Of a DNA stretch of 64,000 nt, positions 22,481 to 36,036 are shown piece after piece; position 1 is the stretch's first letter, and every line of letters starts with the position of its first letter. The translations under genes and the position numbers were made by a program. Below the pieces are notes generated by a model, which saw only the letters and a list, made by a program, of their open reading frames with translations, did no database searches and was not told the origin of the DNA. The stretch comes from the human T2T-CHM13v2.0 reference genome, Homo sapiens: assembly GCF_009914755.1 (NCBI RefSeq), contig NC_060933.1; one strand, given 5' to 3'.

Positions 22481-22719
22481 CATGAATGTATATGTACATG
22501 TGTATGTACACATACATGTATACATAAATGCACACATACAGATACACATCTATGTACATGTACATATATACATATGTGCATATACATGCACACATATATG
22601 TACATATATACATATGTATGTGTATATACATGTACACATATATGTACATATATACATATACATGCATGCAGTGGAATATTTTATATAAATGTATATTGAT
22701 ATATAAATTATATATATAT
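22481..22719. repeat. Degenerate (TACA/TATG/TA)n alternating purine-pyrimidine repeat
   Basis: Seen directly; gives rise to the Y/M/H/V/I-rich pseudo-ORFs. Confidence 0.95.
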
Positions 22720-23056
22720 GGCCCTCTGTATCTATGGGACCTGCATCTGTGAATTCAAGCAACTTCAGATCAAAATATCTAAAAACAATAAAAAACAGAT
22801 GGTTGCATCTGTACTGAATATGTACAGACTTTTTTCCTTGTCATTACTCCCTAAACAATACTGTATAACAACATATTTACATAGCTTTTACATTGTATTA
22901 GGTATTATAAGTAATTTAGAGATGATTTAAAGTATTTCAGAGGATATGTGTAAATTATGCCAATATTACACAATATAAGGGACTTGAGCATCTGTGGATT
23001 TTTGTGTTCCTGGGGGTGTCCTGGAGTGAATCCCCCATGGATACTAAGAACAGCTG
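22720..23056. mobile_element. MER2 (TcMar-Tigger MITE), left TIR clipped
   Basis: ggccctctgtatctatggg...ttacattgtattaggtattataagtaatttagagatgatttaaagt...aatcccccatggatactaagaacagctg, followed by TA. Confidence 0.88.
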
Positions 23057-23153
23057 TATATATACTACATTTTATTTACTCATGCATTCATTAGTGGACA
23101 CTTGAGTTGCTTTCACTTTTTGGCTGTTGTGAATAATGTTGCTATGAAATTGA

Positions 23154-23503
<350 letters not shown>

Positions 23504-23837
23504 AGTTCTTTTTCTGTATACAAGAAAAGCAGCACCTGCCTCTTGAGACTTCTAGTTTACTATTTTGGGAGATCCAGGAAACAGTTCTTTTTGAACTCAA
23601 GGTAGAGCTAATAGTTTCACATTGGAAATCAGCCAATGGTTAAAACAAAACCTGAGCAATACTCCTCTGACTTCTTCCACCTTTAGCCAAATCAACAGAG
23701 CCAAGGAGGATTCTTGTGTTTAGTCTTGTATGTAACCTGCAAATATTGACATTTTTCAAGATAGGGGACAATATGTTGCTAGGACATTATTTTTCCTCAA
23801 CAATCCAGGAGCATGACAAAAAGAAATTATGTGTTCT

Positions 23838-23970
23838 GTCAGGCATGGTGGCTCACACCTGTAATCCCAGTACTTTGGGAGGCTGAGGAGGGAGGATTGC
23901 TTGAGGCCAGGAGTTCAAGACGAGCCTGGGTGACAGAGCAAGATCCTATCTCTAACAAGAACAAGCAAAT
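23838..23970 (+). mobile_element. FLAM / Alu monomer
   Basis: gtcaggcatggtggctcacacctgtaatcccag...ggattgcttgaggccaggagttcaagac, single arm with A-rich tail. Confidence 0.9.
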
Positions 23971-24404
23971 AAATTATATATTTTTTGTGCATCTGACCCA
24001 TACTATGTGAAAGGAGGTCAAATGTGAATCAGTATTTAAAATGCAAACTAATTGCACACATGGCATGGTGTGTGGAGCAACAGACAAGGTAGAATTTTAG
24101 AAAGGGTGCTGAAAGAAAAGGCAGTAGACCAGGAAACTCTGCTTACCACTGCCTGCTAATTACACGACTATGGACAAAACAGTTATGTAGACTTCCTGAG
24201 TGCATGTGTGGGTGTGTGTGTGTGTATGCTGTGTTTGAGTTGGTAGAAGGAAAGGCTTGGATTACATGATCTAGTGGGTTAATGCCAATTAACCATAATT
24301 TTAAAACGATGAAGAATAGGGGTTTCTAACCTTTTTAAATATAAAAACTTTTAAAACACAAACATATTAATAGCTCCTCTTCAGATTTTTGAGAAACAGA
24401 AATT

Positions 24405-25210
24405 GGACCATGGCACTTCCCTGCTTAAAGGCTTCAGTGATTTCCTGCCGCCTTTACGTCAGTATTTCTCAGCCTTTTCGTTATCACCTCCCAAAAAAGC
24501 TTTTTTAGACATTTTATCCTAATCCACTCCCCCACCCCCATGAAATCTTAACACAATAAATGTACTGTAAGACCTCTTCTTTCGTATCCCTAAGAACCAA
24601 TTTTTCACCCCTTTGGGGGCATTATTGCCCCCATTGAGAATGCATGCTTCCGAATAAGCTGGAAAACCCTTATTATGAATATCAAGGCCTTGCCTGATCC
24701 AGCCCCTGCCTAGCTCCCCAGGTTCCCTCACTCCTCTTCCTCCCTTCTATCCTCCTCCTCTTCCCCTCACTCAGCTCCCTTCTACCCAGGTGTCCTGCCC
24801 TTCTTTTCTTTCAGTTCCCCAAGGGCACCAAGCGTTCTTACTTAAGGGACTTTGCACAATTTGTTTTCTTTGCCTGGAGGTCTCTTTCCTTTATTTTGAA
24901 TTAATTACTTTATGTTCATCTGTCTGGCCTGCAGCTTAAGTATCACTTCCCCAGAAAGTCCTGACCCTGGACTTCCTTCTGTGTTAGATGGCTTCTGTCA
25001 TTATTTCTCACAATGCCCATTTTCTTTCTAGCACTTGTTTGCATTTTCTTTCATACACTTCTTTGCATTTTTGTTATACGTCTGCCATCCCCAGTACATT
25101 GTACACATGAGGCCAGGGATGGACTCACTCTGCACTCTATATATGTCACATCTAGTTCAGTGCCTGGCATTGTTGAAAAAAGGATTAATGAAATATTTTT
25201 GAGAAAATAT
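24405..25210 (+). mobile_element. L2 3' region, interrupted by a hAT-type MER (~24460-24646)
   Basis: cacttccctgcttaaaggcttcagtg...cagtgcctggca...aatgaaatatttttga. The insert has cagtatttctcagcc / ttgagaatgcatg termini. Confidence 0.7.
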
Positions 25211-25284
25211 GCAGTGAATAAAACTGTCTTGGGATTGGTTTTACAGTGAATGTATACATTATTAATTACAGCAGCACCTATGTT

Positions 25285-25745
25285 CGTATGTTATTTAAAG
25301 AAATATTAGCTACTATAGTAGAAAAATCCTGAAATCTCAGAGTTTTAACAAAATTTCTCGGTCACATAAAGTCCAATTGGCAGGGCTGAAGTGGGGGTAG
25401 GTGCTCTTCAAGCACCTGGTTTGATGGAGTCATCCACCTGGTTTGACTGGTTTGATGGAGTCTCTGCCGTCTTTAACACATAGCTTCCAAGGTCACCCTG
25501 GTGCCTGTATCTGGATGACATATGGGGGAAGGGAATGTTGAGAATTGCACGGGTAAGTTTTCTTGGGGGTAGTCCTGGGAGTGGAATGCATCACTTCTGC
25601 CCACGTCTACTTTTTGTATTCTTAACTAGGCTCAAATCTGGTAGGGTTCCATTCCCTCTTGTCCCTCCACAAGAAATCAGTTTCATGGTCATACCTCCCA
25701 GCAAGGGAGGCTGGGAGGATAGCTGTGAGCTTAGGAGGTCACACA
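25285..25745 (-). mobile_element. MLT1J-like MaLR LTR
   Basis: catcacttctgcccac...catggtcatacc...gcaagggaggctggga motif. Confidence 0.6.
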
Positions 25746-28256
25746 AACTGGTCTCTGGCACATTGTGCTTGGAGAGTCATAAATATATGTGCAAGTGTGT
25801 GGCTGATGTCTGGATACATATGGATTCACAAATGACTTTCAAGAATATAGAAACCCTAAAGAATTCCAAGACCCAGAGGGTGGAAACCGCTAAAAATAGG
25901 AGTGTGAGTTTTGTTTGTGGAGAAGTTTTTGCCTGCTTCATCATTTTCAACATTGTAAGGTAAGATATGGTGGAGTGGGGTTGAGGGGAACCAGTTAGAA
26001 ATGCACTATGTGCATCTTGACTGAACAAAGCTATTTGTTGCCCTACAGTAGTGAATCTTCCCAGGCTCTTGTGTAGCTGTATTCATAATATGCGCTGATT
26101 AGTATCTTGTCAGCTGAATGGAAGCCCAGGTGGGGTTCTGGTTGGACTGCTGGCGGCATTGTCCTTAATAAAATGGGGCCTTTCAACCAATGTGCTATTT
26201 TCGTTCCCACATCACCTGATAAGTCCTAGTCTTTTGATGAACTACAAATAAAAACCAGTTCTCCATCTCATGGGGCTATTAATCAAATAGTATCTGTTTA
26301 AACAGAAAAAAAGACCTATTGCATGTCCCGTTCATAATACAACAAGGCAATTGTAACCGAGCTACGACATCATGATACTGCACTTTTATCTGAGCCAAAG
26401 CTTACCTGGCCATCCTTCAGATTTGCCATTCTTCCCGACTCCACAGGATAGGAGCAGAAATTCGAGCCCGGGTGCTGCTTTTGTGCACAGTTTGTGGCCT
26501 CTCTCTTAACTCCGTTCCTTAGCAGAAAGAAAGAATTCAGTCTGGTGGGTGAGGTGGGCTGCTGAATTCTTTCTGTTTCAATTGTATTGAGGAGCTTTCG
26601 AGATTTTCCATTTTTGTTTTCTTTCATCATCCATCTAAGTGTAAAAGCTAGCTGTCATTTGGAAAAGTTGGGAGGAGACGGCATTTAGAGACAAACTACA
26701 ACCTTCAAATAGAAAAATGTACATTTAAACTCTAAAATTTCAAAGAAGTTAGTTTGCAAATTGGTTGTTTTTCAAGAAATGTAAGTATTTTCCACATCGT
26801 GCCTCTTTCAGCTGTCTTTTTTTTCCTTTTGCATAAGGTGCAGTCTCAGATCAGTGTTGTCCTGTTTTCTGTTTCTGATGAAGCTTTAAAGTGTTTGATT
26901 GACATTTATCAGAAAGTTGTGGCAGCTGTGAACACTCGTCCAAAAGCAGATGAGGGAGGTCATGGTGGCATCCTTCTTGGTTCTTTAATAGGATTAGCAA
27001 GGAGGTTTATGCTGAAACTCCATCAAGGGTCAGAGCTAGACAATGATGGAGCTCCCAAATCCATGGATCTGTCATTTGGCAAAATCCTTACAGCAGTGCT
27101 GATTGGCAACAAGATGGTGAATAATCATCTTCCCCTGTGTATTTTCAAAAACTGCCTCATTTAGAGCAAGACCGCAATGTAGAGGCTGTGTGGAAATGGC
27201 TCAATGGGACCCCTGCTGTTTGGAGAATTTGAGTTCAAATCCACCTGTGCACAGGTTTGGATATCTTTGTGTTTGGCAACATGCCATTTCCTGCCAGATT
27301 TTGTTGTGGGTCTTCCCCCCAAGTAGAGGATCTCTGTTCAGAGGAATGCTAATTGGGTGGGATTTCGGGAGCCTCTCAGCCAACCATGGGCTCAAGCAGT
27401 GCTCCTTTCTTGCAGCTGTACTTGATTATGTTTTTAGCTGCCACTGTTAATGAGTCAAAAGCCACATCTGTTGAGACCTGGGTTGGCAATTCCAGGGCGG
27501 TTGGCCACCTTTCCATCAATTTCTCCAAGAGGGTCCCGGGTATGGAGCAGATAAAGCTGAATGTAGGGTGTTTGGTTCTGTGAGGCTGTTTCGAGGAGGA
27601 AAAAAGGGAGAAATGATTGAATTTGCCATTGAGTGGCTAGCCAGTACATTTTATATCTCTTATGCTTTTTTGTCCTGGTTGCTTTTATTTCAATTAGAAA
27701 GTCTTAGTGGTAAACTCATTTTTTGTTGAAGGCGCAGTAGAGCTATCTCTCTGAATTTTGAAGACTTTTCCTATAGAATCATTAGTTTCTTGGGTGATTT
27801 CTGAAGCTGAGACTTTGGAAAAGATGACAGGAATAAACTTCCATTAAGTTTATCTCATTCATTTCTAAATCTTTTCTGTGTGTTGGGTGGGGATAAATAT
27901 ATTCCCTTTAGTGCAGGCTATCCTGGAAAATATTTTCATTTTGAATACAGTGATCTAAGTAATCTGCTTATTACAATAGACTATTCTCCATGTTGTCCTT
28001 TTTTGAAACAAATACAAGTCAATTGCAAGCACTTTGGAATTTCTTCAGGAATCCATAATCTAGATAGCTCCTCTTCTATCATGACCAGATATATGATTAT
28101 TTCTTCATATTTTAGGACTCATTTCTTCAAGTGGTTTCGACTTCCTATTATCTGGATTTGATCCATCACTTATGTCAGATCAACTAAGCCTGGTCCATCA
28201 TGGTTACAAAGTGCCCAGCCTGGCACCATGCATGGTAGGTACTGCTTAGATTAAGT

Positions 28257-28672
28257 TGTATGTGTTTCTTTTCGGTGCTGTAATAAATTGCCACAAATCA
28301 AGTGGCTTAAAACAAGAAAAAATTATTTTCAGAAATCCAAAATAAAGGTTTCAGCAGATGCCATGCTCCCTACCGTGGCCCTGGGGAAGGATCTGTTCCT
28401 TGCTGCTTCTGGGTTCTGGTAGCTTTCAGCATTCTTTAGTCTTCCTTGGCTTGTGGCTATATCACTCCACTCTCTGCTTCTGCCTTTATAGCACCTTCTT
28501 CTCTGTATGGGTCAAATCGGTCTCTGCATCTCTCTTGTGATGGCATTTGGGAACTCACCGGGATAATCCAAGATAATCTCCTCATCTGAAATTCCTTAAC
28601 TTACCTATTCAGAGACCGTTTTTCCAGAGATAGGGCAGGGCATATTTTTGGGAGTCTCATCAGTCTACCACA
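28257..28672 (-). mobile_element. MLT1C/D-like MaLR LTR
   Basis: gctgtaataaattgccacaaatcaagtggcttaaaacaa...cttccttggcttgtggc...gataatccaagataatctc. Confidence 0.78.
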
Positions 28673-28730
28673 CCCATGGATGGATTCTGCATAATATTGT
28701 GGTCAGTCATTGGATCTTCATCTAGGCACT

Positions 28731-29110
28731 TGTATTAGTCCATTCTCACAGTGCTATAAAGAAATGCCCAAGACTGAGTAATTTATAAAGAAGAGAGGTT
28801 TAGTTGGCTCACAGTTCTGCAGGAACTATAGGAAGCATGGCTGGGGAGGCCTCAGGAAACTTACAATCATGGCAAAAGTCGAAGAGAAAGCGGGCTCATC
28901 TTACATGGCTGGAACAGGAGGAAGACAGAGAAAGGGGAGGTGCTACACATTTTTAAACAACCAGATTTCGTGAGAACTCACTATCATGAGAACAGCAAGG
29001 GAGAAATCCACCCTCATGATCCAGTCGCCTCCCACCAGGCCCCTCTTTGAACAATGGGGATTACAATTTGACCAGAGATTTTGGTGGGGACACAAATCCA
29101 AACTGCATCA
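28731..29110 (-). mobile_element. THE1D/MSTA-type MaLR solo LTR
   Basis: TG...CA ends, tgtattagtccattctcacagtgctataaag...ggaggcctcaggaaacttacaatcatggc; 5-bp TSD gcact/acact. Confidence 0.9.
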
Positions 29111-29499
29111 ACACTCAACCTCAAAGATACTTGTTTCTGTTCTATTTTTGGTGGGCTGTTAGGTTCAAATCACTTCTGTTTTAATATCCTCTTCTTGTTG
29201 TTTCTTTTGTCTTTACGGTATTAACTTATCTGCTGCACAAATGGCTCTCACTGCAGTGGGAATGACTTTGATATTGGCAGTCTGTGTCATTAATACTGAA
29301 TTTTACATGTTGTTTGGGACTGAGGACAAGGCACTATCACCATTGAAACTAATCAAGAAGCTGTATGTGGTGTCCAAAGTGGGATTATTGTGCATACATA
29401 GGTAAGATGGCATCAAAGTCTTGTTGTCAACAATAAGGTAATTCCCCCATAAACTCAGCTTCTGGCATTTTACTCTCTAAGCTTTATTCCTGTCTTTAA

Positions 29500-31290
29500 A
29501 TTCACTTCCTCTAGAATTTCCAGTTTCATAATTCTTCAAATCTCTGGGACCTACAAGCCATATTACTTCCACCTTTTTATGACCTTACTTCCCTCCTTGG
29601 CTAGCTAAAATGCTTTGTCAAAGTGTTATAATAACTTTCTCAACTTCCTGCTCTCTCTTTGGTGCACTCACTTGTTTAAGCCTTAACGCAGTTTAATTCT
29701 ACCTGTGCAGATAAATGGCTTGATTTTGATTCATGACCACTGTCCTCAAGTGGGTTTGCATGCTGCTCAACAATGATACCAAATTTCCCAAAGTCCATCC
29801 ATTCTCCCACTTCCTTGGATGAATATTTTGTAGCTTTTCTTTCATCAGACCTGCCGCATTTCTTTCCCTATCCCTCATAGCTTCTTATTTCATGGAGAAA
29901 ATAGCAGCTATCAGACAAAAAGTCAAATTTTCCCCACCTACCTGCATGTAGTTCATGTATTCTGACATATCTCCAGTTGTGATGGATAAACTACCCATTT
30001 CCCCCACAAAGACCCGTCATTCTACTTGGCGCCCCAGACTCCATCCCCATTTGCCTATTCAAGGATATTCTTCTAGTAATTCTTCCCCTCTTTCTGCATC
30101 CTATTTCCTTTAAAAAAAAAAAAAAAAACTTCTGTATTGGACCTTCCCCTTTAAACATATAGTTATTCCATCTTAAAAGCCTTCTAGGTATTATTTGCCC
30201 CTTCAGTTATCTCTTGTATATTATAGTTATTTTCTATTTATCTTCTTTTATTATCTCTTGAATGGATTGTAGTCAAACTTTCACAGTATTACTCCTCAGA
30301 AACTGTTTTTTCAAGGCCATCAGCAGCCTTCATATTATTAATATTACCAAATCCAGTGGACAGCTCTCCATCCTCATTTCACTTGACTTACCACTTTAAC
30401 ACACACAGTCATGCCCTCTTCCTGGAAGTCTTTGATTGTGCGGCCTCCAGAACCCCACACCCTCCTTTCCTCCTGCCTTATGGGTTGTCCCTTCTGTCTC
30501 CCATGTTCCCCCGGCACCAGTTCTTGGACACTTTCATTTTTTTCCACACCTACTCCTTGGTGTAACTTACTTTCACTCAGTATCACAGCTTGAAATACTA
30601 TTTAGACTGATTATCTAGATTTGTATCTGTAGCTTGGAAGTTGCCTAGACTCTAACCTCATGCATTCACTATCTATTTAGCATTTCTACATGAATATTTA
30701 ACAGGCCTCTTACCATGGCTAAAACTGAGTTCCTGTTTCTCCTGCTCCCACTCCCCCAAAAGCAAAATAAAACAACATGCTTCTCCCAAAGCCATTGCCA
30801 ATGATCATTGACAGGGAACTTAGTTCTTTTATTTGCTCAGGTCAAAAACGTAGTTGTTCTTGACTCCTCTATTTCTCTCACACCCCTTGCCTGATTTACT
30901 ATTAATAGCAATACCTCTAGCTGTTCTATCTGTAGATGCAGATGGACCATCTTGATTCAAATGATCTACATCTTGCCTGGATTATTAGAAAAGTGCTTTA
31001 CACTGGTCTCAACTTCTGCTTTTATCTACCTTCAGTCTCGTCTCAGTAGAGCATGCAGGTGATCCTATTAAACATGACTCAGGTTATGCTACTCCTGCTT
31101 AACGCCCTCCAGTGCTTCCCATCTTCCACATGGCTTATAAGGCCTGATTTATCTAGCCATCTCTCCGATCCTCTCACCTAGCAGTTTCTCCTTACTTACT
31201 ATTCTCTAGCTTCACTGGTCTTTGCTGTTCTTCTAACATTGCCAAGTGTGCTTCTACCTCAAGGCTTTGTATTTAGCATTTAGCTCTTAG
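29500..31290 (+). mobile_element. L2 LINE, long degenerate fragment
   Basis: caaatccagtggacagctctccatcctcatttcacttgac (RT LDLS..FDT region relic), cttcttatttcatggagaaaatag, ctcaaggctttg. Confidence 0.75.
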
Positions 31291-31654
31291 AAAACAAAAC
31301 AAAAATAATATCTTCATTTGCTCTCATTTCTGCTCCCCTGATTTGGGGCCAAGTGTGCATGTGTATGTAATTTTTATTCTAAGTGTAATTTCCTTGCTAT
31401 TTACTGGTGCCTTATGTCATTTTACAGACTTATTATGTATCTCTTTTGCAACTTCACATAATAATTGAAATTCTTGTTTACTTATGCTTTAAAAAAAATC
31501 ACTGTAGTCCATTTTTAAATTATGACTCTTTTGTCTCTACCTGCTAGGCACCATTGAGGTATAAGATTGCATTACCCCTAACATCAGTGAAAGATCACTG
31601 GTGACAGGGGCCATAGTTATGACCAAGTTCTCTCTCATCCCCAGAAACTCTGAG

Positions 31655-31770
31655 AGAAGAAACACAGGCTGGGTGACCTCAGGCGAGTCTAGTAGCCTTC
31701 GTTTCCCTTCCGTAAAGGCAGGAGGTTGAACCAGTTGATCTCTGAGGTCCTTTCCAGCTCTAACAATCTG
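31655..31770 (+). mobile_element. MIR3/MIRc fragment
   Basis: gctgggtgacctcaggcgagtc...gttgaaccagttgatctctgaggtcctttccagctctaac. Confidence 0.7.
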
Positions 31771-34700
31771 TGAATGTGGGCAGGGCTGCCGCTCAGGCCA
31801 TAAATACCTGCTGGATTATATCGTGGTCTCTCCCTTTTCCTACCTGCTGTTTGCCAGCTTTCATGTTAAATTTTCCCACCACACAGGAATACCAGAGGCA
31901 AGAGGCTTACAGCAGGTACCACCCCTGCTTGCTGCCAAATATCTCCCCAACCTCGCCACCGCCTGCATGGATGGGCTTTTGCCAGAAATTGGCCTGCTTT
32001 ACTCCCCTTCCACAAATAAACTTTAAAGTACTCCCTTGAAGAGTGAGAAGCTGCCAGTGGTACAGGCAGTGAGTTTTATAATTATTTTTTGATATTTTCC
32101 ATGTGGCTTTTGGTCTGAGGGTAGCATGTTTGGGTTGGGTTGTTGGAGGGGTTTCCCATGGACATGGTTTTGTACCTGCCAGCCATGCAGGATGCAGCAT
32201 GGTGGGTGAGATCCTTGCTCCACTGGCCCTCCGCTAGCCAGTGTGTGATTGCTTTCTCTGCAGCCCTAACTGTTGTCAACCTGTCTGCTGTTGTTGGTGC
32301 CTCATCCATGGTTGCTGCAGAGAGCCTCAGACTACTCAGCTTAGAAACATTAGAAACAATAAGCTGTTTTTTGAAAGCATCTTCTCTAAAATGATGCTGC
32401 AGATAGTGATGAAGGATAATCGGAACAGCACATTGCGGTGGGCCCTGCTCAATGTTGGCCTGATCATTCATCCTCACAATAGCCATTTCAGGGGAGGCTT
32501 TATCTGCATTTTTGGAAGGAGGGTGACTGAGATCTTGATCAGCAATCAGTACAGAGTTGAACTAAATTGGAATGAAGACCTTTCTGCCTTCACTGCACAC
32601 GTTCTCTCTGCGGCTCCACACTGCCTCTCAATATAGCCAGTGCTAGACTTAGATCCCTGAAGGGCAACTAGATTTGGATAGTTGATCAGAAGCCCAGATC
32701 TAATTCTATAACATTGTTTCTATGGGAAAAAAAATGGATTCCTACTTTTAAACACACTTATAAACTTTGGTAATATTAACCCTTTTTAGATGGAGGGGAG
32801 ACTTGCTATGCTTGTTGATTTAAATTCCATGTTAATCACTCAGGTACCTCTTAAAGTAAAATACTAAGACAGTGAGGTTAGTTGAGAATTGGCCTACTGT
32901 GCACTGCTGGCCATATATTATGTTTCCTCATCTCTCTCTTGCTTAAAATAAACAATAAAACACTCCTCTACCAACAGCAACAAAACATACAACTAGAAAT
33001 TAGGAAATGAGGAAGACTCTAATGCTTCCTTTTAAAACACATGGATCTTGAGGTTTGAATCAAAATAATGGTGTTTTACAATTCATGTTTGTTTAATTGT
33101 GACATGGTACACCTGCTTGCTCTTAAGAAGAGAAGTAACAGAAGTATGAGGAGGGGGGAAGGTGATGTGGACACCCAATAACTCTTCTCCAGTGATATCC
33201 TGATGAGTTAAGCATAAATGAATCAGAAACAGATGGATTTTTTTCCCCCTTGAAATACACGTGGGTTTAAAAACCAAGGGAAAATATGCTTGGAAAAAAA
33301 TGTTCTTTGTTAAAGTCCAAATGTTTGAATTATAATTTAAGATTTTCATAGGTTCCAGCAAGTAGTTGTGTGCACTCGTCTCTAATTTACATGGGGTGTG
33401 TGCATAAGCTGAGCATTTAAACTATTCCATGGAGCTGCTGTCAGGGAGGCGTAACAGTCCTGTAAAATGACATAAGGCACAAGGGCCTTATGTGCAAACT
33501 CGTTTCACATGGGTTCTTGGGTATTGAGTAACATGAATTTCATGTAATTTGAGTCTTGAAAATCTCATAAGGTTTTACCTCAGTCTTTGTGTGTGAAAGT
33601 GGAAACAATTTCAAAGAGATACCCCCAGGTACTATGCCGGGCATCTTTACTGTCCATCCTCATGCCAAGGGTGCGATGTCATCTCCATGACCTTGTGCTT
33701 AACTCGTTCTTCTTCATTGTGTCAGGTTTGACTGAAGCCAGTATTCCCTATAATTTGTTCCACTAGCTGCAGGTGTTCCTGTGAACTTTGACTTAACTTG
33801 GACTTCACTGTAAAGTAGAAAACTGCAGAAAGTTGTCAGCTGGATATCAGGAAAGCCCCCGACCAAACAAAAGCTAGGTATGAGGAGAGATTTCCCAGTC
33901 ATCTTCCTCCGACAAGATCCTTCATTGTTTTCTTGGCTTACCTTGTCACAGAATCTTTGAGGAACTCTGGGATTGGTGACCATCCAAGAGCACATTTTTC
34001 CTAATTATGAAGCTATTAACTCTGAGCAGATTCACGTTGTGTTTCCTGACTTTCCATGGCTTTCCCCTGATACTTCTGCCTGAGTATGTTGTCATCATCT
34101 TAAGCTGGACATAGAGAAAACCCTTTTGTCTTGTTTTGACAAGTCATTAAGCAGCTTCTCTGCCTAATGCCTCTGTGCCTGTTGGGAGGGAAATATCCCT
34201 CCTTATGTTTATGGCCTCTCCACACTGAACCCCTATCAAATTCTTTCATTTAATTCTCTCAAATATCCATTGGTTTTTTGCCACTTATACTTTTTGCATG
34301 TGTAGCTTGATACCTTCCACTCATAGCTTATTTATACAGTTTCACAATAACTGCCTTGCTTCCTTTCAGTCTCCGGAAAATTCTCTTTATCTCCAAACCA
34401 TTTTTATCTTGTTTCTTACTTGGTCCCTTACCTTTCTCTTGTAAACTATTTCTTTTAGCATGAATGTGGTGTTACCTAACCTTGCAAAGCCTCCCTTCAT
34501 TAGAAACTTTTTTTTTTTAACTCTCATAACCACCATCTAGTGTCCAGTTGGATTTTTTTGTTCTATTCAAACTAGTCTGTTCGTGGGTCCCCTTTCTACC
34601 ATTTTTTTTGGGTCATGAATTATGTTTTATGCTGTATTCAATGTCTAAAATACTGACATTTTCACCTCATTAGTGTCTTTTCATCTCATTCAGAAATCTG

Positions 34701-34878
34701 TAATATTCTTTGAAAAAATAATGTATACTTGGTTGGTAACAATGATGTATGACTGTTGACATATAAAATTCCACCTCAAGGGAAGCTTTAGCTCCTTTAA
34801 TGAAAGGATGATTATTATAATGACTATATGAATCTTGCTGGGATTTTAATTTTTTCAGCTGGATTTTGATGTTCTGCC

Positions 34879-35850
34879 TCATTCATTCATTCATTTACTT
34901 AGGGCCCATTTATTGAACACACATTGTACTCCCATACTATATTAAACACTTGGGATAAAATCATGAATCATATGTGACCCTGTTCTTGCAAAGTACATAA
35001 TCTGAGGAACAGAGGCATGTATAAATTATGGTAGAGTATATCTACTATGATGAATGTTTTAATGGAGGCCTGAGAGGACATGAAGGGGGGAGCAAAAGAG
35101 TCAGTTAAGGAAAGGGAGGGTTTCTTTGAGGAAGTGACATTGGACTTGACCCTTCTTGGCTGAGTGAGGTAATAGGGAGAACCAGAGTGTTGGTAGAGAA
35201 CAGCATTGCAGAGGCATGGAAGCATGAGAAAGGAGGGTGTATTGGGGAGAGGATGAAACAATAGGTGTGGTTAGAATGTAGGGTATGGTAGGAGCAGTAA
35301 CAAGACATAGTCAGGTGGTAGGTTAGACCAGATTCGTGACCACTCTGAATCATATCTTGACAGTTTCTGGAGGTTGTTTAATGCTTTTGTTTGCATGTGT
35401 GTTTGTGTTTTAGCATAATGAAATGATATAATTTGTTTTTGAGATTGTAACCTTTACGTCATTGTAGAGGGTAGATTTGAGAAAAGACAACTGCAGAGAT
35501 GATTTGGGAGGGTGTTCCAAAGATCCAGGAGAGAGATAATGAGGGCTTGAAGTAGGCTGTGGCAGCAAGGAATGGAAAGGACAAACTTCTTACAGCAGAA
35601 TTCAGTAACTGATTGAATTCAATGGCCAAGTAGGGAGAAGCAGCTGATGAAACTAGGAGAAGTTGTTTGTATGAATGGCAGTACAATGTACTGAGATAGG
35701 AGGACAGGAAGAAAAACCAATTTAGGGTGGGCAGATAGCATCTACTTGTTGACCTGTTGAGTTGGAATTGGCTAGGAGGCATCCAAGTAAAGCTGCCTGG
35801 AAGGCATTTGGAAATGCAAGATGGGAGCCAAAAGAGGGGGTTTGCATTAT
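34879..35850 (-). mobile_element. L2 3' region
   Basis: (CATT)n terminus + atttattgaacac; gaggaagtgacatt; ccaggagagagataatgagggcttga. Confidence 0.78.
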
Positions 35851-35865
35851 AAATAACGACTTGTC

Positions 35866-36036
35866 TTTTTAATTTTATTATTATTATACCTTAACTTTTA
35901 GGGTACATGTGCATAACATGCAAAAAAAAAAAAAAAGAAAAAAAAAGAAAAAAAATGAGACCCTAACTCGAAAAATAAATAAAGGTAAACTTAAAAATAA
36001 AAGTAAATAACACCCCCCCCCCCAAAAAAAAGAAAG
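35866..36036 (+). mobile_element. Tiny L1-mediated insertion: inverted L1PA 3' end plus transduced A-rich flank and poly(A)
   Basis: TSD aaataacgact(t/c)gtc at 35851-35865 and 36037-36051. L1 3' terminus on the minus strand 35866-35921; A-run, non-L1 sequence, AATAAA (35996-36001), C11 and an A tail on the plus strand. Confidence 0.82.

Larger units (their letters stand above)
22090..23150 (-). mobile_element. L1MB-like 3' end, split by a RY-repeat fold-back and MER2
   Basis: tatggtagaatatatataacac...ctggcttatttcacttaaacataatgtcc...aatattccactg, resuming after MER2 as tatatactacattttatttac. Confidence 0.8.

Noticed and set aside
22392-22762. Multiple overlapping Y/M/H/V/I-rich ORFs
   Set aside because: Translations of the (TACA/TATG)n low-complexity repeat.
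31770-32636. Cluster of 66-134 aa ORFs on both strands in non-repetitive sequence (also 26754-27164 and 37735-38071)
   Set aside because: No recognisable protein similarity, no convincing paired splice sites, and no poly(A)/TSD indicating a processed pseudogene.
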